A stretch of DNA of 64,000 bases from Nemertoderma westbladi. Lineage: Eukaryota; Animalia; Xenacoelomorpha. The stretch is taken from the NCBI GenBank assembly GCA_032718475.1, contig JAUCBJ010006683.1, positions 58,410-122,409 on the forward strand, read 5' to 3'. The notes under the pieces are model-generated. The model did not search any database. It was not told the origin of the DNA and saw only the letters and a program-made list of their open reading frames with translations. Positions 58,451-64,000 of this stretch are shown here, in pieces. A program made the position numbers and the translations under genes. The stretch's first letter is position 1. Each line of letters opens with the position of its first letter.

Positions 58451-59613
58451 TAGTTAGACAAACGAACAGTGTCTTCAAATGAATCCACCTTATAATAATA
58501 ATATATACTAACGAAATTTATTTAATGTGGTTAAAGGTAACGGGTTTTATAAATATATCCATCGCGTTTCTCCACCCTTCGCATAATCATAGGAATCTTT
58601 AGATACAAAGTATAAAATTCGCGGGTCCACATGATTTTGAAGATATTTCGAATTAAAGTCTCGACTATCTTTCCTTCATCATCCGCCCTCTCCATCGTCT
58701 TGAAATAATAGATCCCCCATATAGCGATCCATCACAATGAGACCCGCATTGAATTCGAATTGAATTAACTGGATTCGACTTCGACCTCCGTGAGAGTTGG
58801 CGCACTCAGTGGTTTAGCTATCTGCAAACCCACCGCTAAATCCAGAGGAGAAATCTGTAGATGGTGTTAAATGCCGCATATAACTTCAGTTACAAGCCAT
58901 CATGCACCGAGACTTCTCGACACCCAAGGAGTTCTTACAAGTTCGGTTAAACCACAAATACATTCTGTGACACTCACCCACAAACACACCACGACATTCA
59001 AACACACTGAAACATATATGCCACACAAACTACATACACATCCCATTACCGCTTCCGTGATTGCAGTATAGCGTCTAGCACAGACCTGAATCTGTTAGGT
59101 TTAGATGCCGCTGATGCTAAATATTATTTTGAGGTTATTATTTATGCAGTACCAGTATGTTCAATCGTCAAATATGTAGGTAGAGTTGTCATATAGGACG
59201 AAGTCATGTGATATACAAGTAGTAAAGTCCAGCGTCAAGGTAGGTCAAGACTATGAATATGTGGACAGGCAGTAATGAGTCACACTTGTATGCATAATCG
59301 GAATGCATAGATACAAGAAACGCCAAATGTCAATAAATTTAATGAAGTGACTAAATTAAATGTGAAAAATAAAATAAAAATAATATAACAATACAATTTT
59401 TACGTACACAATCTCCATCAATGGAGCTATATCCCGCTTCCAAAATTTTATTGAAATTTTATTTTAGTTGAATTTATTTTATATATTTAATATATAAATG
59501 TTTGCTACAGATTACTTACATTACAATCGATATCACAGAATATCCTATAAATATATATTAGAACAGTTTGTTACAGTTCGTAGCAATGTTATAAATATGA
59601 GATAATAATATAG

Positions 59614-62600
59614 TTACTTCTTTGTCATATCCACCCGTTCCAACATACATAACTTGTGGATTGGACGATCCAGGTTCTGTTTTCGACTAGTGCGTAGGGA
59701 CACTGAACGTATCTTTCCATCACTACTAGGGTGCAGTTCTGTAACTCTTGCTGTGGCCCATTTACTTCGTGGTGCATTATCATCAACAATCAGTACAAAG
59801 TCATCCACATGGATATTATCTTTGTCTGCTAACCATTTCTTTCGTAGATGTACTGTTGGGATATATTCTTTGACCCAATGTTTCCAGTATTCATCTGACA
59901 GACTGTTCATCACTTTCCATGATTTACGACTATATTGGTCATCAACACTTGATTCCTGGACCGGTACCATAGTTGCTGGTCTCAACATCACGAAATGTGC
60001 CGGGGTCAGTACCTCTGGAGATTTACAATTAGCATCGACATATGTAAGAGGTCTCGAGTTTATAGTACTCTCTATCTCTGCTAACAGTGTTCGCAGACTT
60101 TCATCATTTAGATATACTTTGGCTGGTAAAGTCTTGTTCATAGCTAGTTTCACGCTTTTAATTAAACGCTCCCAGGTTCCACCCATCCATGGAGACATTG
60201 GTGTATTAAATGTCCACGAGATGTCATCCACACACAACAGCTTATCTATCTGATTTTGGTTCCAGTCAGTGATAGTTGTGGTTATCTCCTTTGCAGCACT
60301 GATGAAGTTTGTGCCTTGGTCCGATCTGATATGGGCTATCTTCCCCTTCCTTGAGATAAAGCGGCGAAGGCACAGTAAAAACGAGTTCATGGTCAAATCA
60401 TTTACCATATCTAAGTAGATTGCCCGGCAAGTGAGACAAGTAAAAATGACACACCAACGTTTCACCATACTTCTAGCTCGTTTAACTTCTAGTGGGCCGA
60501 ACAAATCAACACCCGAATGGGTAAATGCTGGTTCGTAAACCCCAAACCTCTCTGGAGGTAAATCACTCATAATTTGTGACATGGGTGTACTGTTATATTT
60601 TCGACACAGAATACAACTAGTTAATATCTTATTTATAACCTTCCTGGGGCTTACAAGATAATATCTGTTTCTCAAATGACATATGATGTGTTGTCTGCCA
60701 GCATGGTGTAACCTAATATGTACATCTAGGATAAGCTTGGCTTGAATGTCCTTATCGTAAATTAATATAGGATGTTTGGCATTATCAGACAGGAATGGAA
60801 CTCCTTCCAGGCGTCCACCAACTCGCAAAAGACCATTCTTGATGATCGTAGAAAACTTGTCATTGCTGATAAGACTCGGGTCTTCAACATGATCTGAATA
60901 CAATAGTGGGACACTTGTCATTTGAGTAACACGTAGCAACTGAAGCTCAGTATTATTCAACTCTGAAGGTGTTGGAGAGGTAGATTTACGTTTGTTCAGT
61001 ACAAGCCGTGCATATTGCTTCAAGTAAGTAATGGCTTTGACCAGTTTATTCCAAGATGAATAGTATTCTATTGCGCCTTTGATTAAGTGACTTAAACCAT
61101 TTATTAGGTTAGGCACAACTGTAGGAACAGTATCAGATTTAATCATGAATACAATGTTGTTTATAGGGTCTGGCTTTAATCCAGCGAATAGTTTAGATTT
61201 CGACTTCTTAGGTGGAGGCAATAGCTCTGGCAAATCTGTTAACAATTCTAATCTTTCTGATCTAGTAGGTTGTCTTGGCCAACTTTCTTCATCTTCTTGT
61301 AAGAAATGTGGTCCAGCGAACCAACAACTTTGAAGCAGTTGATTGGGAGTAGCACCTCGCGAAGCTATATCCGCAGGATTGATATTGCCGGGGCAGTGCT
61401 TCCATTGATCAGTGGTTGATGAATTTAAGATCTTCTCCTTTCTATTTGAAACAAACACAGTAAATTGACTCTTTTCATTATTAAGATACTCTAATACCAA
61501 ATAAGCATCCGTCCAATAGGTGGTTGTAAATGGAATAGTCAACTGGTGTCCTAGAAAGAGAGCCATATCAACACCATAAGAACCAGCTTGTAGTTCAGCT
61601 CGTGGAATCGTAAGGGATTTTACAGGCATAGTTTTACTTCGTGAAAACACAAAAGAAACAGATGCAGAATTGTCCTTGTACCGTCTCAGATATGCTACAA
61701 CACCCATACCATATTTACTAGCATCGCAAAATATATGAAGTTGCAGATCCTCATCCCTTTCCATGTCTGGGAACATTGGTCGAGATAGTTTCAAATTGCT
61801 AAGCCCTTGCAATTCCTTTTCCCAGGTGATCCACTTCCGTAACAGCATATCTGGGAGAGGCTCATCCCAACCAATATCCTCTTTCCAAGCTAATTGGATT
61901 ATTAGCCTAGCTGATAAAATCACTGGGGTTACTAAACATAGTGGGTCATAAACTTGACTAAGTATACTTAAACAATCTCGTTTTGTTCGGGTGTCAAAGT
62001 TATCACGTTCTTTCACCTTGAAGAAAAGAAAATCACCCTCTGGGTTCCACCGAAGTCCTAGAGATTTAGTCTCTGGAATATCCTCAAATTCAAGGTCAAC
62101 ATCTGGGGTTGATCGTTCATGTTTTTGGAAGGATTCTAAAACGGCTTTACTGTTACTATTAAACTTAGTGAGGTTAAACCCACCATGCGCTAAGCAGGAT
62201 TTAATTCCATGAGAAGTTGTAATTGCCTCTTCATCATTGATAAATGAATTTATACAGTCATCCATATATATGTCTTCATGGATAGTTTTTGTTACTAATG
62301 GAGTATATGATAAAGCATTATCATCTGCAGTTTGATGCAACACAGACGAAGCATTAGAGGGGCTGCTGATAATCCCAAATGCTTGACATGTCATACGATA
62401 TTCAAGAGGTGGCTCTTCTATCTTCCCATTGGGCCACCATAGAAAGCGAAGACAGTCTTTATCACGAGGCAGTACTTTTACCTGGTAGAACATTCCTTCA
62501 ATATCTGATATAGTTGCTACATTATGCTGACGGAATCTTAACAAGATACCTTGAAGTGATCGAAGTAAGTTAGGTCCCTTCATCAGCTCTGAATTTAGAG

Positions 62601-63999
62601 ACTGACCTTTATAATTTGCAGAACAGTCATATACAATCCTGATACTATCAGGTTTATCTAATTTTATGACAGGATGGTGGGGAAGGTAGTAAACCAGACG
62701 ATTGATAGGATTTAATTCTTCCTCAGGAACTTCTTCAGCATAGCCTTTGGCAATGCAGGATTCGAGTTTCATTACATACAAATCTTTTAACTTCTCATTC
62801 ACACTTAAACGCCGTTTGAGCTGTTTTAAACGTCTTTCTGCCAGAGGCCGATTATTGTGCAATACTGGTGAAGGTCTACGCCATAAAAGTCCTACAGCAT
62901 AGTGGCCAGTTGGCAACTTCATTATTGTTGTACGTTGAATCTCCTTAGCTCGTTGTTCCTCAACAGATAATGTCAGTTCATGTGAATTTATCTCTGTAAC
63001 ATCGCCTTTGATCCATTTCTCTACAGCAATCTGTATAAGTTTGTCTTGGGTCAGTATATCTTGCAGTTGCTGCTCTATGTATTTTCGATTGTCAATTTGT
63101 CCATCATAATTGTTTAAGATCTGGTCAAGTCTACTATTATGGGACTTGTTACTAGAACTATCAGTACTGGTACTAACAGTAACATTAGCAGAATCACTGA
63201 TGCGACGCATATCACTTATGACATTGTGTTGGTGTTGGAATTCTCGAGATTTGGCAATACATCTACGAGCTTCTTTGGTTCGTTGCGATGGTCCAGAGTA
63301 ATACCATCCCAGGGGACTCCTAATCGCTCGATCTTCTAGTGGTTGAGGTTTCTCAGGGCGCATTTCTAAGCAATGAAATGCCTCATATGTATCTTTTCCT
63401 ATCAATAAGGGTATTCCAGGATAATCTACCTTGTAATGTGGTATCCTAAACTGGTCAGGTCTCAACTGCTTATGCCAGTCATAAGGAACTGACTGGCTAT
63501 CTGCAAACTCATTGATTAAAGTAAGTTTTACATGGAAGCTTGAACCACCTTCTACTGCTGATAACCTTCCATAAGCGTAATGTGTTTTTATAATCTTAGT
63601 CCAGTCTTGAATGAATCCACTTGCATGTAATTCTGTAGACACTACATCTGAAAATAACATCTCTCCTAGTTTACTATCTAGACATGTCAATGTACTTCCA
63701 CCATCCAATAGAGCATTCACCACCTTACTACATTTGTCCCCTGTTACGCGGATCTGGATTATGTCTAGTGATCTAACATTGTGCCCTGATAACTTCATTA
63801 CTTGTTCTAGAGGCTTAATGTTTAATGTATTGATATTCTCAGTTACACATGGTTGGTCAATAAACTCATCTTCATCATAGGTATCTCCATCTGGACTGTC
63901 AGACTCATCACAAATTTGCTTGATATAATCTGAGGACTTGTCACTTAAAGTATAATTATTTGGATGCAATAAAGTATGATGCTGTTTATTGCAAGTCTT
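59614..63999 (-). CDS. pol: BEL/Pao Gag-Pol polyprotein, 5'-partial (end of Gag zinc knuckle, aspartic protease, reverse transcriptase, RNase H, integrase, DUF5641-like C-terminus)
   Basis: The frame stays open upstream of the listed TTG at 63969 to the window edge and reads KTCNKQHHTLLH, the BEL Gag C..HH.LLH knuckle. Protease: ALLDGGST. RT: YLPHHPV, RIVYDCSA, LMKGPNLL, DIEGMFYQV, YMDD (62257-62268). RNase H: HIFCDASKYG, TIPRAEL, YWTDA, NPADIASRG. Integrase: H..LHHAG...CILC, GVDLFGP, SDQGTNF, GGTWERLIKSVK. C-terminus: YWKHWVKEY...RPIHKL. No stops or frameshifts in ~1460 codons. Confidence 0.96.
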   Translation of the reverse strand, partial: KTCNKQHHTLLHPNNYTLSDKSSDYIKQICDESDSPDGDTYDEDEFIDQPCVTENINTLNIKPLEQVMKLSGHNVRSLDIIQIRVTGDKCSKVVNALLDGGSTLTCLDSKLGEMLFSDVVSTELHASGFIQDWTKIIKTHYAYGRLSAVEGGSSFHVKLTLINEFADSQSVPYDWHKQLRPDQFRIPHYKVDYPGIPLLIGKDTYEAFHCLEMRPEKPQPLEDRAIRSPLGWYYSGPSQRTKEARRCIAKSREFQHQHNVISDMRRISDSANVTVSTSTDSSSNKSHNSRLDQILNNYDGQIDNRKYIEQQLQDILTQDKLIQIAVEKWIKGDVTEINSHELTLSVEEQRAKEIQRTTIMKLPTGHYAVGLLWRRPSPVLHNNRPLAERRLKQLKRRLSVNEKLKDLYVMKLESCIAKGYAEEVPEEELNPINRLVYYLPHHPVIKLDKPDSIRIVYDCSANYKGQSLNSELMKGPNLLRSLQGILLRFRQHNVATISDIEGMFYQVKVLPRDKDCLRFLWWPNGKIEEPPLEYRMTCQAFGIISSPSNASSVLHQTADDNALSYTPLVTKTIHEDIYMDDCINSFINDEEAITTSHGIKSCLAHGGFNLTKFNSNSKAVLESFQKHERSTPDVDLEFEDIPETKSLGLRWNPEGDFLFFKVKERDNFDTRTKRDCLSILSQVYDPLCLVTPVILSARLIIQLAWKEDIGWDEPLPDMLLRKWITWEKELQGLSNLKLSRPMFPDMERDEDLQLHIFCDASKYGMGVVAYLRRYKDNSASVSFVFSRSKTMPVKSLTIPRAELQAGSYGVDMALFLGHQLTIPFTTTYWTDAYLVLEYLNNEKSQFTVFVSNRKEKILNSSTTDQWKHCPGNINPADIASRGATPNQLLQSCWFAGPHFLQEDEESWPRQPTRSERLELLTDLPELLPPPKKSKSKLFAGLKPDPINNIVFMIKSDTVPTVVPNLINGLSHLIKGAIEYYSSWNKLVKAITYLKQYARLVLNKRKSTSPTPSELNNTELQLLRVTQMTSVPLLYSDHVEDPSLISNDKFSTIIKNGLLRVGGRLEGVPFLSDNAKHPILIYDKDIQAKLILDVHIRLHHAGRQHIICHLRNRYYLVSPRKVINKILTSCILCRKYNSTPMSQIMSDLPPERFGVYEPAFTHSGVDLFGPLEVKRARSMVKRWCVIFTCLTCRAIYLDMVNDLTMNSFLLCLRRFISRKGKIAHIRSDQGTNFISAAKEITTTITDWNQNQIDKLLCVDDISWTFNTPMSPWMGGTWERLIKSVKLAMNKTLPAKVYLNDESLRTLLAEIESTINSRPLTYVDANCKSPEVLTPAHFVMLRPATMVPVQESSVDDQYSRKSWKVMNSLSDEYWKHWVKEYIPTVHLRKKWLADKDNIHVDDFVLIVDDNAPRSKWATARVTELHPSSDGKIRSVSLRTSRKQNLDRPIHKLCMLERVDMTKK

Positions 64000-64000
64000 A

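Larger units (their letters stand above)
56918..64000 (-). mobile_element. BEL/Pao LTR retrotransposon (3' part; 5' end outside window)
   Basis: Sharp junction starting TGTA (the ...TACA LTR end on the minus strand), ~2.7 kb of non-coding LTR/3' region, then a long polyprotein ORF in PR-RT-RH-IN order with BEL/Pao signature motifs. Confidence 0.93.

Noticed and set aside
56926-59071. Short ORFs in the LTR/3' region as env or accessory genes
   Set aside because: All are 66-71 aa, derive from simple repeats or biased composition, and show no env-like architecture.
59654-63880. Plus-strand ORFs (including 199 aa at 59654-60253) overlapping pol
   Set aside because: Antisense shadows of the long pol ORF with no recognisable motifs.

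Overview
Eukaryotic (metazoan-type) repeat-rich DNA with no recognisable host gene. About 54 kb of positions 1-56917 is a head-to-tail satellite of one 40-bp monomer (CTAACTGCTGTATGATGGACTCCATATAGGAGTACTGGTT), all in one orientation. It has diagnostic monomer variants, local 75/120/160/194/200-bp higher-order units and nested kb-scale duplications (offsets 713, 1142, 1989, 3087, 9598, 14117 and 23715 bp). Three transposable elements interrupt the array. (1) A 1409-bp non-coding, almost fully palindromic TIR element at 24703-26111 with an 8-bp TSD (hAT-like termini). (2) A 1230-bp solo LTR at 45014-46243 with TGT...ACA ends and a 5-bp TSD. (3) A minus-strand BEL/Pao LTR retrotransposon from 56918 to beyond the window end, with an uninterrupted gag-pol ORF (59614 to the edge). 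The many short minus-strand ORFs in the track are translation artefacts of the satellite. There is no CRISPR array, RNA gene or prokaryotic system. The points most worth following up are the fold-back element with its arm-identity gradient, the dyad-rich satellite as a candidate centromeric/heterochromatic array, and an expansion history that can be ordered using empty insertion sites.
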